DNA of 64,000 nucleotides from the NCBI GenBank assembly GCA_002402995.1, contig DHGX01000003.1:3765-67764 (forward strand), in the 5' to 3' direction. This stretch comes from Patescibacteria group bacterium UBA4787 (GTDB lineage Bacteria; Patescibacteriota; Patescibacteriia; UBA2591; UBA4787). The notes under the pieces were generated by a model. That model worked only from the letters and a program-made list of their open reading frames with translations. It was not told where the DNA came from and did no database searches. A program made the position numbers and the translations under genes. Below are positions 47,341 to 56,575 of the stretch, one piece after another (within the stretch, counting starts at the first letter, position 1; the number at the start of each line of letters is the position of its first letter).

Positions 47341-47817
47341 ATGGGAATTGATAAAAAATTGTCTACAAAAGAAATGTCAGAAAGCGAGGAATCGTCGAAG
47401 GGTATAAAAATTGACTGGGATGAAAATGAGGCATTGCCTCGTGTCCAGCTGACGCTTGGCGGCAGTAGATATGATGCTGTTTTGGCAAATAACGCTTTCT
47501 ATGCAGGTATGATTGAAGTTCCGGAAGACGAAAGAAGAAAAGGTGTAGGATCTCAATTGCTTATGGAGCTTATTGAAATCGCCAAGAAACAAGGCATTAA
47601 TCAAATAGTGCACACACTCCAAAGCGCAGAAGGATTAATACTTATCAGCCAAAAATTAAAACAGCCGGATAGAAAATATTATTATCAGGCGAAACAGGAA
47701 ATTCCTTTAGCCGAAGCAGTTGAAATATTAAAAAGAAAAAAAGAGGAAGGGAAAGAAGCGGATAAAACTATCATGGTGCAATCTACAACCTACATAGATC
47801 AATTGGAAGGAAAATAA
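47341..47817 (+). CDS. Putative GNAT-family acetyltransferase
   Basis: GNAT motif-A-like RRKGVGSQLLMELIEIAKKQG. Confidence 0.4.
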   Translation: MGIDKKLSTKEMSESEESSKGIKIDWDENEALPRVQLTLGGSRYDAVLANNAFYAGMIEVPEDERRKGVGSQLLMELIEIAKKQGINQIVHTLQSAEGLILISQKLKQPDRKYYYQAKQEIPLAEAVEILKRKKEEGKEADKTIMVQSTTYIDQLEGK

Positions 47818-47850
47818 TCTCGGTTGGTTTTATTATTAACTTGTTAATTT

Positions 47851-48207
47851 ATGAATTTATTTGAAATTAAAAAAATTGTAGAAAATAACCCCATGGCTTT
47901 TGCTACGGTCTCAGAAAATTATAGACCCAATGTTATTGCCACTGCTTTTGTCAAAATTGTTTCTAAAAATCAGCTTTTAATTACAGACGTTTGGATGAAA
48001 CAAACAAAAAAGAATATTTTAGACAATAAAAATGTTTGTTTGGCGGTATGGAATAAAAATTGGCAAGGTTATAAATTAATCGGTCGAGCTGAATATTTTG
48101 TGCGCGGAAAATGGAAAAATCTCGTTGACAAAACGAAGGAAAATAAAAATGAGAAAGTTAAGGGCGCCATTTTAGTTAAAATTTCAAGAATTAGCCCCCT
48201 TCATTAA
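47851..48207 (+). CDS. Pyridoxamine 5'-phosphate oxidase-like FMN-binding split-barrel protein
   Basis: …MAFATVSENYRPNVIATAFVKI…VCLAVWNKNWQGYKLIGRAEYF…. Confidence 0.55.
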   Translation: MNLFEIKKIVENNPMAFATVSENYRPNVIATAFVKIVSKNQLLITDVWMKQTKKNILDNKNVCLAVWNKNWQGYKLIGRAEYFVRGKWKNLVDKTKENKNEKVKGAILVKISRISPLH

Positions 48208-48229
48208 GATTATATAATCTCTTTGATCT

Positions 48230-49354
48230 ATGAAAATTGGTATTGATGCTCGGTTATATGGTTCAAGCGCCAAGGGCATTGGTCGCTACGTCAAAGAATT
48301 GATAGAAAATTTAGAAAAAACAGACTCAAAAAATGAGTATTTTATTTTTTTAAACCGACGAGGTTTTGAAGAATATCAGCCTCAAAATAAAAACTTCCGC
48401 AAAATTTCAGTGAATATCAGAGAATATTCAATCTTTGAACAGATTCTTTGGCCGAGAATTTTAATGAGTTATAAATTGGATTATGTCCATTTTCCTCATT
48501 TTAATGTGCCGTTGTTTTATTTCCGGCCATTCGTCGTAACGATTCATGACCTGATTCATTGGCAACACAGCAAAGAAGCTTCTACTAAAAGCTGTATTTT
48601 GGCTAACTTGAAAAAAGTGATATTTAGAATGGTAGTCAGAAGCGCCGTTAATCGCGCTAAAAAGATTTTTGTTGTTTCAGAAACAATCAAAAAAGAGCTC
48701 TTAAGTGAATTTAAAATTTCTTCGGAGAAAATTATCGTGACTTATGAGGGGGCTTACGACACAAAAGATATTTTTGAAGATTCAAAAAATATTAATATTT
48801 TAAATCGCGTTAAAAGCCCATATCTTTTTTATGTGGGCAACGCCTATCCTCACAAGAATTTATATTTTTTAGCTAAATCATTTTTATCGGCCACTAGTCA
48901 ATTACCAGAAGATCTTTATTTGGTTTTAGCTGGTCGCAAGGATTATTTTTACGAACAGCTTGAGCAGAAAATTAAAGATTTGCCCGATAACGAAAAAATC
49001 TATTTGCTCGGAGAGGTGACAGACCAAGGGCTATCTTTGCTTTATCAGAACGCTTTGGCTTATGTTTTCCCGTCTTTGGCCGAAGGCTTTGGTTTGCCCG
49101 GCCTGGAGGCTATGGCCAATAATCTGCCGGTTTTAGCCAGCGAGATTGGTCCTTTGCCGGAAGTTTATGGCGGAGCCGCTTTATATTTTGATCCTAAAAA
49201 TGAAAATGATTTGGCAGAAAAAATAATTAAAATTTACCAAGATCAAAAACTAAGGGAATCGCTGATTGCAAAAGGCCGAGAGCAAGTTAAAAAATATTCT
49301 TGGGAAAAATGCGCCAGAGAAACATTGGCAGTTTATAATTCTTTAAAAAAATGA
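48230..49354 (+). CDS. Glycosyltransferase family 4
   Basis: …FPSLAEGFGLPGLEAMANNLPVLASEIGPLPEV… C-terminal GT-B signature. Confidence 0.8.
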   Translation: MKIGIDARLYGSSAKGIGRYVKELIENLEKTDSKNEYFIFLNRRGFEEYQPQNKNFRKISVNIREYSIFEQILWPRILMSYKLDYVHFPHFNVPLFYFRPFVVTIHDLIHWQHSKEASTKSCILANLKKVIFRMVVRSAVNRAKKIFVVSETIKKELLSEFKISSEKIIVTYEGAYDTKDIFEDSKNINILNRVKSPYLFYVGNAYPHKNLYFLAKSFLSATSQLPEDLYLVLAGRKDYFYEQLEQKIKDLPDNEKIYLLGEVTDQGLSLLYQNALAYVFPSLAEGFGLPGLEAMANNLPVLASEIGPLPEVYGGAALYFDPKNENDLAEKIIKIYQDQKLRESLIAKGREQVKKYSWEKCARETLAVYNSLKK

Positions 49355-49358
49355 GATG

Positions 49359-49621
49359 CTTTGGCAAACCCCGTATATCATCTTCGATATTTTTAATAAT
49401 TTTTTAGGTCTTAGTAAGTATTTATGTTTACCCCGTTAGAGATTCAGCCGAGACTATCTTTTGTCGCCCAACTAAGGCAAAGCCGCCTCACGGCTCTTGT
49501 CAATCTCCTAAATATATTTAATTTTAAATCTCTAACGGGGTTTATCAATCTAACTAACAAAATTCTCCCGGGTCTTTTTTGGGCCGATGATAGTCGGCCC
49601 AGTCGAAGTTGTATTACGGGG
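49359..49621 (-). mobile_element. GIY-YIG family-1 element, ORF-less derivative on the minus strand, carrying a nested MITE insertion
   Basis: Reverse-complement termini cgCCCCGTAATACAACTTC … GAAGATGATATACGGGGtttg. Interior matches the 44858-44998 copy except for the 110-bp MITE + TAAA duplication at the TTTATAAA site. Confidence 0.6.
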
Positions 49622-51202
49622 CGTAAAATAAAAACGTTGTTAAACGGAACGGTGGGCGGAGGTTTTGTTATCATCTCAGCCTTCTCGATTATCAGCAGAA
49701 TTTTGGGCCTGTTACGGGATAGATTGCTTTCTTCTCATTTTGGCGTGGGTTCAGTTTTAGATGCTTATTACGCAGCCTTTCGTTTGCCTGACTTGATCTT
49801 TAACACTTTTGTTTTAGGGGCGCTGGCTTCTGCTTTTATTCCGGTTTTCTTAGAGATTTGGCATAAAGATCAAAAAGAAGCCTGGCGCGTGACTAATTCA
49901 ATTCTTAATATTTTGCTGTCAGTTGTTTTTCTTTTGGTTATAGTGATGGAGATTTTCGCCAAACCGATTGTTCAGATTTTGGTTAGTGGTTTTACTCCGG
50001 AGAATATTCATTTAACCGTCAGCTTAACTAGAATTATGCTGATCGGCATTCTATTTTTTACGGTTAGCAATATTGCCGGCGCCGTGCTTAATTCTTTCCG
50101 CCGATTTTTCTTTTATGCTTTAAGCCCGATTGCTTATAATTTAGGAATTATTTTGGGTATCGTATTTTTGGTGCCCATGTTTGGCCTCAAAGGTTTGGCT
50201 TTTGGCGTAGTCCTCGGTTCTTTGATGCATCTATTGGTTCAATTTCCGGCTTTTTTGAAAACCGGTTGGCGTTGGCAGTTGATTTTTGATTTAAAAAATC
50301 AATTCGTGAAAACAATCGGACGTTTGATGTTGCCACGATTTTTCGGCCTGGCCATAGGGCAATTAAATCTTATGGTAGCGACTTTTATCGGTTCTTTATG
50401 GGGTATAGGCGCTATCACTGTTTATAGTTTAGCTTTTAATTTAATCAGTTTTCCTTTGAATATTTTCGGCGTTTCATTGGCCTTGGCGGTTTTTCCTGTT
50501 TTTACCAGCGCTGTTGTTAATAATTCTCGCGAAGATTTTGTTTATTATTTTTCTAAGACCGTCCGCAGAATTTTATTCCTGACTATTCCCAGTATTTTTG
50601 TTATTTTTCTTTTACGCCAAGAAATTGTAGGCTTAATTTTGGGCGCGGGAAAATTTTCTTATGATAATATCAATTCAACCGCGATGGTTCTCGGCGCTTT
50701 CGCCTTGTGTCTTGTCTCTGAGAGCTTGTCTGCAGTTATGGTGCGCGCCTTCTATTCCCACAAAGACACTATAACGCCAGTTAAGGCCGCGATGGTTGAT
50801 TTTTGCGTAAATATAGTCGGATGTTTAATTTTAGGAAGAAAATTCGGGGCATTGGGCTTGGCTTTGGCGTTTTCTCTTTCTTCGATTTGCGAATCTGTGG
50901 TTTTAATTATTTTCTTGAGGTTAAAGACCGGGCCGCTTGATTTTCGACGGATTGTTTCAGCCTTCTTTAGAATCCTAGGGGTGTCTTTGGCGATGTTTTT
51001 GGTTATGTGGGGGACGAAAATGTTTTTATCTTCTTATTTCGCTCAAGATGGTTCATTGTTTTTGTTGAAAAAATTTATTATAATTTCTTTGGCGGGCTTG
51101 GTTAGTTTCTTGGGTTTAACCTACCTCTTCAAATTTGATGAATTTGATGCCGCTTGGAGTGTTTTTCGTTTAAATAAACCAGAAAGAATCAATGGAAAAT
51201 AA
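49424..51202 (+). CDS. murJ: Lipid II flippase MurJ (true start probably TTG ~49637 or GTG ~49652; first ATG 49424 lies in the MITE)
   Basis: …FSIISRILGLLRDRLLSSHFGVGSVLDAYYAAFRLPD… MurJ N-terminal signature, 14 TM. Confidence 0.8.
   Translation: MFTPLEIQPRLSFVAQLRQSRLTALVNLLNIFNFKSLTGFINLTNKILPGLFWADDSRPSRSCITGRKIKTLLNGTVGGGFVIISAFSIISRILGLLRDRLLSSHFGVGSVLDAYYAAFRLPDLIFNTFVLGALASAFIPVFLEIWHKDQKEAWRVTNSILNILLSVVFLLVIVMEIFAKPIVQILVSGFTPENIHLTVSLTRIMLIGILFFTVSNIAGAVLNSFRRFFFYALSPIAYNLGIILGIVFLVPMFGLKGLAFGVVLGSLMHLLVQFPAFLKTGWRWQLIFDLKNQFVKTIGRLMLPRFFGLAIGQLNLMVATFIGSLWGIGAITVYSLAFNLISFPLNIFGVSLALAVFPVFTSAVVNNSREDFVYYFSKTVRRILFLTIPSIFVIFLLRQEIVGLILGAGKFSYDNINSTAMVLGAFALCLVSESLSAVMVRAFYSHKDTITPVKAAMVDFCVNIVGCLILGRKFGALGLALAFSLSSICESVVLIIFLRLKTGPLDFRRIVSAFFRILGVSLAMFLVMWGTKMFLSSYFAQDGSLFLLKKFIIISLAGLVSFLGLTYLFKFDEFDAAWSVFRLNKPERINGK
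49431..49540 (+). mobile_element. 110-bp MITE-like element, copy 3 (nested in GIY-YIG remnant, overlapping the 5' end of the murJ ORF)
   Basis: Same TIRs/core; TTTA on both sides. The empty-site homolog at 44858-44998 has a single TTTATAAA. Confidence 0.7.
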
Positions 51203-53006
51203 TATAAGAAATTTTTGCATTATTGCCCACATTGACCACGGTAAGTCTACGATGGCCGACCGTTTTTTAGAATTAACCAATACCGTCTCGCCCGACAAAT
51301 TAAAACCCCAAATGCTTGATCGCATGCCCTTAGAGCGCGAGCGAGGCATTACCATTAAGTTGACGCCGGTAACCATGAATTATAAATTAAACAACCGAGA
51401 TTATATTTTGAATTTAATTGATACGCCCGGTCACGTTGATTTTAGTTACGAGGTGTCCCGTTCTTTGGCTGCGGTGGAAGGAGCTATTTTATTGATTGAT
51501 GCTACGCAGGGCATCCAAGCCCAAACTTTGGCCAATTTATATTTGGCCAACGAGCTGAATTTAAAAATTATTCCTGTTATTAACAAGATTGATTTGCCGA
51601 GTGTTGATATAGAAAGGGTCAAAGACGAGGTTAGCAACCTTTTGAAAATAGAAGACGATAAAATTATTTTGGCTTCGGCTAAAAGAGGCGATGGAGTTAA
51701 AGAGATTTTGGCGCGCGTTATCTCTGATATACCGGCGCCAGAAGCAGATAAGTCTAATATTCTGCGTGGTTTGATTTTTGATTCGATTTTTGACGAATAT
51801 CGCGGCGTCGTTGTTTTCGTTCGTTTAATTGATGGTCAAATAAAAAAAGGAGACAAAATAAAAATGTTAAGCAACGGAAAGATCGCTAATGTGTTGGAGG
51901 TGGGAATATTTAAGCCAGACTTATTGCCAATTCAGGAATTAAGCGCAGGTTTAATTGGTTATATCGCTACAGACCTTAAAGAAATTAATGAATGCCGTGT
52001 GGGCGATACTATAACCACCGTAGTGGGTAACATTAAACCGCTACCCGGCTATCGAGATGTCAAACCCATGGTTTACGCCAGTCTTTATCCTAAAGAAGGC
52101 AGCGAGGCGGGTCGTTTGCGATTGGCCTTGGAGCGTTTAAAACTCAATGACGCCAGTCTTATTTTTGAGCCAGAGCATTCTCCTGTTTTGGGATTTGGAT
52201 TTCGCGCGGGATTTCTGGGCTTGCTTCATTTGGATATCGTTAAAGAACGCATTAGAAGGGAATTCAATTTAGATTTAGTAATTACCGCTCCGTCGGTTGT
52301 TTATAAAATTAAAACTAAAAACAGAGAAGATGAAATTTTTATTTATTCGTCTTTAGAATTGCCCGATCCATCGTCCATTGAACACACAGAAGAGCCTTGG
52401 GTTAAGTTAGACATTATAGTGCCGGTTGGCTATCTCGGAGCGATTATGGAGTTGGCTAATAATTTCCGCGGGCATTTTATTTCTTTAGACTATTTATTCG
52501 GTCACAACGCCATTAAAGAAGAATCCCAACGCGCAATTTTGCATTATGAAGCGCCCCTCGCTATGCTTTTAGTCGATTTCTACGACAAACTTAAAAGCGC
52601 GAGCGCTGGCTACGCTTCTTTGAGTTATGAATTTTTAGAATTCAGGCCTGCCCAGGTGGTGAAATTAGACATTCTTGTTGCCGAAGAAAAAGTAGAATCT
52701 CTGTCAACCATTGTTTATGAGGATACCGTTCAACAGGTGGGTCGCAGAATAGTGGAAACATTAAAAGAGGTTTTGCCGCGTCAAATGTTCGAAGTTAAAA
52801 TTCAGGCCGTTATCGGCGGAAAAATTATCGCATCCGAAAGAATATCGGCTATACGCAAAGATGTGACGGCCAAACTTTACGGCGGCGATATCACCAGAAA
52901 AATGAAGCTTTTGACTAAACAAAAAAAGAGAAAAAAAGAGATGTTAAAGTCCGCCAAAGTTGATATTCCTCCAGAAGCTTATCTCGCGGTTTTAAGAAAA
53001 AGGTAA
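51192..53006 (+). CDS. lepA: Elongation factor 4 (LepA)
   Basis: IRNFCIIAHIDHGKSTMADRFL…, DTPGHVDF, NKID; 604 aa. Confidence 0.9.
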   Translation: MENNIRNFCIIAHIDHGKSTMADRFLELTNTVSPDKLKPQMLDRMPLERERGITIKLTPVTMNYKLNNRDYILNLIDTPGHVDFSYEVSRSLAAVEGAILLIDATQGIQAQTLANLYLANELNLKIIPVINKIDLPSVDIERVKDEVSNLLKIEDDKIILASAKRGDGVKEILARVISDIPAPEADKSNILRGLIFDSIFDEYRGVVVFVRLIDGQIKKGDKIKMLSNGKIANVLEVGIFKPDLLPIQELSAGLIGYIATDLKEINECRVGDTITTVVGNIKPLPGYRDVKPMVYASLYPKEGSEAGRLRLALERLKLNDASLIFEPEHSPVLGFGFRAGFLGLLHLDIVKERIRREFNLDLVITAPSVVYKIKTKNREDEIFIYSSLELPDPSSIEHTEEPWVKLDIIVPVGYLGAIMELANNFRGHFISLDYLFGHNAIKEESQRAILHYEAPLAMLLVDFYDKLKSASAGYASLSYEFLEFRPAQVVKLDILVAEEKVESLSTIVYEDTVQQVGRRIVETLKEVLPRQMFEVKIQAVIGGKIIASERISAIRKDVTAKLYGGDITRKMKLLTKQKKRKKEMLKSAKVDIPPEAYLAVLRKR

Positions 53007-53083
53007 TATTGTGTAGATAATTAGAAAAATGTATGATTATTCACGAGTTCTATTTTAATTTGAAATTTTTATATTAAAATTTT

Positions 53084-53695
53084 ATGCCAAAGGAATCTTT
53101 TTCAGAGAATAGTCAAATTATAAGGATTATTCATCACAATTTTTTCGTTTATTTTTTAAGTTTTTTGGCTTCTATTGTTTTAATTTTAGGAGCATTCTTT
53201 TTTATGTTGCCCCTTTTTGGTTGGTCGCTATTTGGTTGGGATTGGGCAGGCGAAGCAGTCTTCGGCTTCTTGATCGGCTTGGGGATTATCTACGGATTAA
53301 TGACTTTCTTGGTTTGGTGGGACAATCGATTGATTATATCAAATGAAGGATTAATAGTTTATCGCCGCAAAGGATTTTTTGACCAAAATATTTTCAAAGT
53401 TGATTATAGAAAAATCAGAAACATAGATTTATCGATTAAAGGATTTTTTCAGACTATTTTTCGTTTCGGCAGCCTGAATATTAATTTTAATGACACGAGC
53501 GAGTCGATATTCTTTTCACATGTTTCTCGTCCGTTGGAAATCCAAGCATTAATTTTAAAAATTCAAGGAGCCGTGCAAAAAGAAAAAGAAGAAATCGCCA
53601 TTGACGATTTAAGCGAAATAGAACTTATTGAATTAGCCAGAAAAATTCGTGACAAGCTCGGCCACGACATTTTTAATGACATCGCCAACGAATAA
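53084..53695 (+). CDS. Membrane protein with bacterial PH-like (bPH_2/YdbT-type) domain
   Basis: Two N-terminal TM helices then …LIISNEGLIVYRRKGFFDQNIFKVDYRKIRNIDLS…. Confidence 0.5.
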   Translation: MPKESFSENSQIIRIIHHNFFVYFLSFLASIVLILGAFFFMLPLFGWSLFGWDWAGEAVFGFLIGLGIIYGLMTFLVWWDNRLIISNEGLIVYRRKGFFDQNIFKVDYRKIRNIDLSIKGFFQTIFRFGSLNINFNDTSESIFFSHVSRPLEIQALILKIQGAVQKEKEEIAIDDLSEIELIELARKIRDKLGHDIFNDIANE

Positions 53696-53712
53696 GATTT
53701 AAATTAAACAAT

Positions 53713-55215
53713 GTGCGTTTAGATGTGTTTTTATCGCAAAAATATTCTTTTTCCCGCCATCAAGCCCAAAAATTAATTGATAACGGCTTAGTCTTGGTTA
53801 ACGGCAAGATTATTACCAAGTCCAATTTTAATGCGGTGGAAAATGACAGGATTCAGATAGAAGAAAAAAAATCAATTGACATCGTTCCGAATTTTGCTAT
53901 AAATTTAGATGTTATTTTTGAGCACGAAGGTTTTTTGATAATTAATAAACAAGCTGGGATTTTAGTTCACCCTGTTAAATCCCGCGAAGCGGAAATTTTG
54001 CCAAAAGCGAAATTATCTAACAGGGTGAATCAGGTTTTCGCGAAAGACGCCGCCGACACCTTAGTAAGTGCTTTAATCGCGCGGTATCCAGAAATTAAAT
54101 CTATCGGAGGTGGTGACCGTCCTGGCATTGTTCATCGTTTAGATCAAGGAGTCTCCGGTTTAATGGTAATAGCCAGAAATCAAGAGTATTGTCAATATCT
54201 TTTGAAGATTTTCGCAGAGCACAAGGTTATTAAAAAATATTATGCCCTTATCTACGGACAACCTAAAGAAAAATCTGGTATTATTGATTTGGGCATTGGC
54301 CGAACCAAGCGAGGCAAAATCATAGCCACTCAATATGCGGAAAAAGTAAAAGATTATAAGACGGCAATTACTAAGTACAAGGTGATAAGAATCTTCAAAA
54401 AATACAGTTTTGTAGAAATCGAAACATTAACCGGTAGAACGAATCAGATTAGAGCGCACTTTAAAGCCATCGGTCATTCCCTGGTGGGCGACGAATTGTA
54501 CGGGAGCAGAAAGGACGGCCTAGGAAGAATTTTTTTGCACGCTTTTTATTTGAATTTTGTCGATTTGGATGGTATGACGCGCGAGTTTGTCTCTCCTTTA
54601 CCCGGAGAATTAGATATTTTTTTAAATAAATTAACAGGAGGTTCTTTTATGACGAAACTCTTTATACTCTCCGGTCTTTCGGGCGCGGGCAAGGACACCG
54701 TACTCGAGGGGCTGAAAAAAGATAATTTTGATTTTGATTGGGTTGTCACTACCACTACTCGATCGATGCGAGACGGTGAATCAGAAGGAAGGCCTTACCG
54801 TTTTGTTTCGCGCGGAGATTTTGAGAAAATGATTAAGAATAACGAACTTCTCGAGTGGGCGGATGTTTACGGTAATTATTATGGTTCGCAGACGAAAGAC
54901 GTCGAGGGCTTATTGAAAACTTCGGAAAAACCGATCATTTTTAAAACTGATTATCAAGGCGCGCGGACAATCAAGCAGAAATTTCCGGAAGCGCAAGTAA
55001 TTTTTTTGGTTCCGTCGTCTCTCGAGGACTTGGAGCGGAGGATAAGAAATAGAGGACAGAATTCAGAAGAGGATATCCAAAAGAGATTAGCAAAGACGAA
55101 AAAAGAGATGGGAACCCTGGATGAATGGGATCATGTCGTTATCAATCAAGATGGAATGATATCTGAAGCAGTGAATCGCGTAAAAGAAATAATTTTGAAA
55201 GAGTCTCGTTCGTAA
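53713..55215 (+). CDS. Fusion protein: RluD-type 23S rRNA pseudouridine synthase (S4 + RluA catalytic domain) fused to guanylate kinase
   Basis: S4 …GLVLVNGKIITKSN…; catalytic HRLDQGVSGLMVIA; then …LFILSGLSGAGKDTV…TTTRSMRDGESEGRPYRFVS… (Gmk P-loop and GMP-binding). Probable GTG start. Confidence 0.7.
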   Translation: MRLDVFLSQKYSFSRHQAQKLIDNGLVLVNGKIITKSNFNAVENDRIQIEEKKSIDIVPNFAINLDVIFEHEGFLIINKQAGILVHPVKSREAEILPKAKLSNRVNQVFAKDAADTLVSALIARYPEIKSIGGGDRPGIVHRLDQGVSGLMVIARNQEYCQYLLKIFAEHKVIKKYYALIYGQPKEKSGIIDLGIGRTKRGKIIATQYAEKVKDYKTAITKYKVIRIFKKYSFVEIETLTGRTNQIRAHFKAIGHSLVGDELYGSRKDGLGRIFLHAFYLNFVDLDGMTREFVSPLPGELDIFLNKLTGGSFMTKLFILSGLSGAGKDTVLEGLKKDNFDFDWVVTTTTRSMRDGESEGRPYRFVSRGDFEKMIKNNELLEWADVYGNYYGSQTKDVEGLLKTSEKPIIFKTDYQGARTIKQKFPEAQVIFLVPSSLEDLERRIRNRGQNSEEDIQKRLAKTKKEMGTLDEWDHVVINQDGMISEAVNRVKEIILKESRS

Positions 55216-55228
55216 GTATTGGGTCTCT

Positions 55229-55377
55229 CCCCTCACTTGGAAACAATAAACTCGTTTGGCGTTCTCAGTCTTTTGCAAGCCAGAGTAGTAATTTATGAAA
55301 ATTGGAATTTAAAATAAAAAATAAAATATATTTAACAATAACCCGCTTTTTGAAATACATCGTTTACAAGCGAGGGG
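55229..55377 (+). mobile_element. GIY-YIG family-2 element remnant (ORF deleted), TIRs CCCCTCACTTGG / CAAGCGAGGGG
   Basis: Terminal motifs and subterminal …tttttgaaatacatcgtttacaagcgagggg match the ends of the 42394-42681 copy. Confidence 0.5.
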
Positions 55378-55406
55378 TTGACTTAAGTGTCAAAATATTG
55401 TAAAAT
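55378..55406 (+). promoter_or_regulatory. Sigma70-type promoter TTGACT-17-TAAAAT for rplS, directly abutting the family-2 element end
   Basis: gaggggTTGACTtaagtgtcaaaatattgTAAAATc. Confidence 0.55.
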
Positions 55407-55479
55407 CTAATATTATATAATTAATAATACGGAAGCATCAATGAATTTTTAATATCAGAATAATAAAAATAATATTATT

Positions 55480-55818
55480 ATGGAAGACAAAAAAGAGAAT
55501 AAAATTTATCCAGAAATCAGGCCAGGGGCATTGGTTAAGGTCCACCAAAAAATTAAAGAATTAGACACCAAGGGTCAACCTAAAGAGCGCGTTCAGATTT
55601 TCGAAGGCATGGTAATCGCTCGTCGTGGAGGAGGCCAAACCGGCGCGACCATTACTGTTCGTAAGATGGCTGCCGATAATGTCGGGGTTGAAAAAATATT
55701 TCCGCTTCATTCCCCCAACATTGTTAACATAGAACTGATTAAAAATTTCAAAGTAAATCGCGCTAAACTTTATTATTTGAGGGGTTATAAAAAGAAATTG
55801 AAAGAAGTTGTTGCTTAA
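55480..55818 (+). CDS. rplS: 50S ribosomal protein L19
   Basis: …RPGALVKVHQKIKE…RVQIFEGMVIARRGGGQTGATITVRK…. Confidence 0.9.
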   Translation: MEDKKENKIYPEIRPGALVKVHQKIKELDTKGQPKERVQIFEGMVIARRGGGQTGATITVRKMAADNVGVEKIFPLHSPNIVNIELIKNFKVNRAKLYYLRGYKKKLKEVVA

Positions 55819-55830
55819 AATTGATTTCAA

Positions 55831-55912
55831 GCGGACGTGGCGGAACTGGTATACGCGCATGCTTGAGGTGCATGTGCCGCAAGGCTTGAGAGTTCGAGTC
55901 TCTCCGTCCGCA
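55831..55912 (+). tRNA. tRNA-Leu (anticodon GAG), type II
   Basis: GCGGACG/…/CATGC-TTGAGGT-GCATG/variable arm TGCCGCAAGGC/GAGAG-TTCGAGT-CTCTC/CGTCCGC-A. Confidence 0.8.
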
Positions 55913-55938
55913 TTATTTCCGTTTGAACGGGCACGTAG

Positions 55939-55972
55939 CCCCTCACTTGAAGAAAATACCCCCAAGTGAGTG
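55939..55972 (+). repeat. Solo family-2 TIR hairpin (CCCCTCACTTGAAGAAAATACCCCCAAGTGAGTG) between tRNA-Leu and tRNA-Ile
   Basis: Left TIR intact, right TIR degenerate; no interior. Confidence 0.45.
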
Positions 55973-56034
55973 AAATATTTTTTATCGTACATTTAATTGT
56001 ATTAAAAAGTTTTTTTTGATCTTTTTTAGGTGAG

Positions 56035-56109
56035 GGGCACGTAGTTCAGTGGCAGAACGCATTCCTGATAAGAATGAGGTTGAAGGTTCGATTCCTTCCG
56101 TGCCCACCA
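56035..56109 (+). tRNA. tRNA-Ile (anticodon GAT), CCA encoded
   Basis: GGGCACG/GTTC…GAAC/CATTC-CTGATAA-GAATG/GAAGG-TTCGATT-CCTTC/CGTGCCC-ACCA. Confidence 0.85.
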
Positions 56110-56234
56110 GATTATAACTAATAACATAAAACGAATAACCCATAACCCAATTTTATTAAGTATTTGTTGGGTTGTTGTTATTAGTTATTAATTGTTGGTT
56201 ATTTGTTAGTTGTAAATTGTTTACGCAATTTTCG

Positions 56235-56311
56235 GGGCGCATAGCTCAGTTGGTTAGAGCGTTACATTGACATTGTAAAGGTCCGAGGTTCGAGTCCTCG
56301 TGCGCCCACCA
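56235..56311 (+). tRNA. tRNA-Val (anticodon GAC), CCA encoded
   Basis: GGGCGCA/AGCTC…GAGC/TTACA-TTGACAT-TGTAA/CGAGG-TTCGAGT-CCTCG/TGCGCCC-ACCA. Confidence 0.85.
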
Positions 56312-56326
56312 TTTCAAAATATATTA

Positions 56327-56358
56327 AATAAGAATCAGTCATATGACTGATTCTTATT
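56327..56358 (+). terminator. Perfect hairpin terminator after the tRNA cluster
   Basis: AATAAGAATCAGTCAtatGACTGATTCTTATT followed by TAT. Confidence 0.6.
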
Positions 56359-56575
56359 TATAATCGGCAGTAAGGACGATTGAAAATTTATTTTCGATTC
56401 GCCCGAGCGAATCAATCTCAGGCGCCTCACGCGCCGTGACAGCGCTTATACTTTTATACACTTGACAGAACCGAAAAAAAGCAGAAAATTATTATAGGTC
56501 AATATGTTTCTTTAACAATTCAATGAAAAAATAAACAACCAAATCCGCCGATAGGCGGAGAAAGGCAGGTGTCTC

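Noticed and set aside
49444-49674. Minus-strand 76-aa ORF overlapping the MITE and GIY-YIG remnant
   Set aside because: Translation runs through non-coding repeat sequence; no RBS or conservation.
53713-55215. Splitting the rluD-gmk ORF into two genes at the internal Met (…GGSFMTKLFIL…)
   Set aside because: No stop codon separates them in the given sequence; kept as a fusion but flagged for read-level verification.
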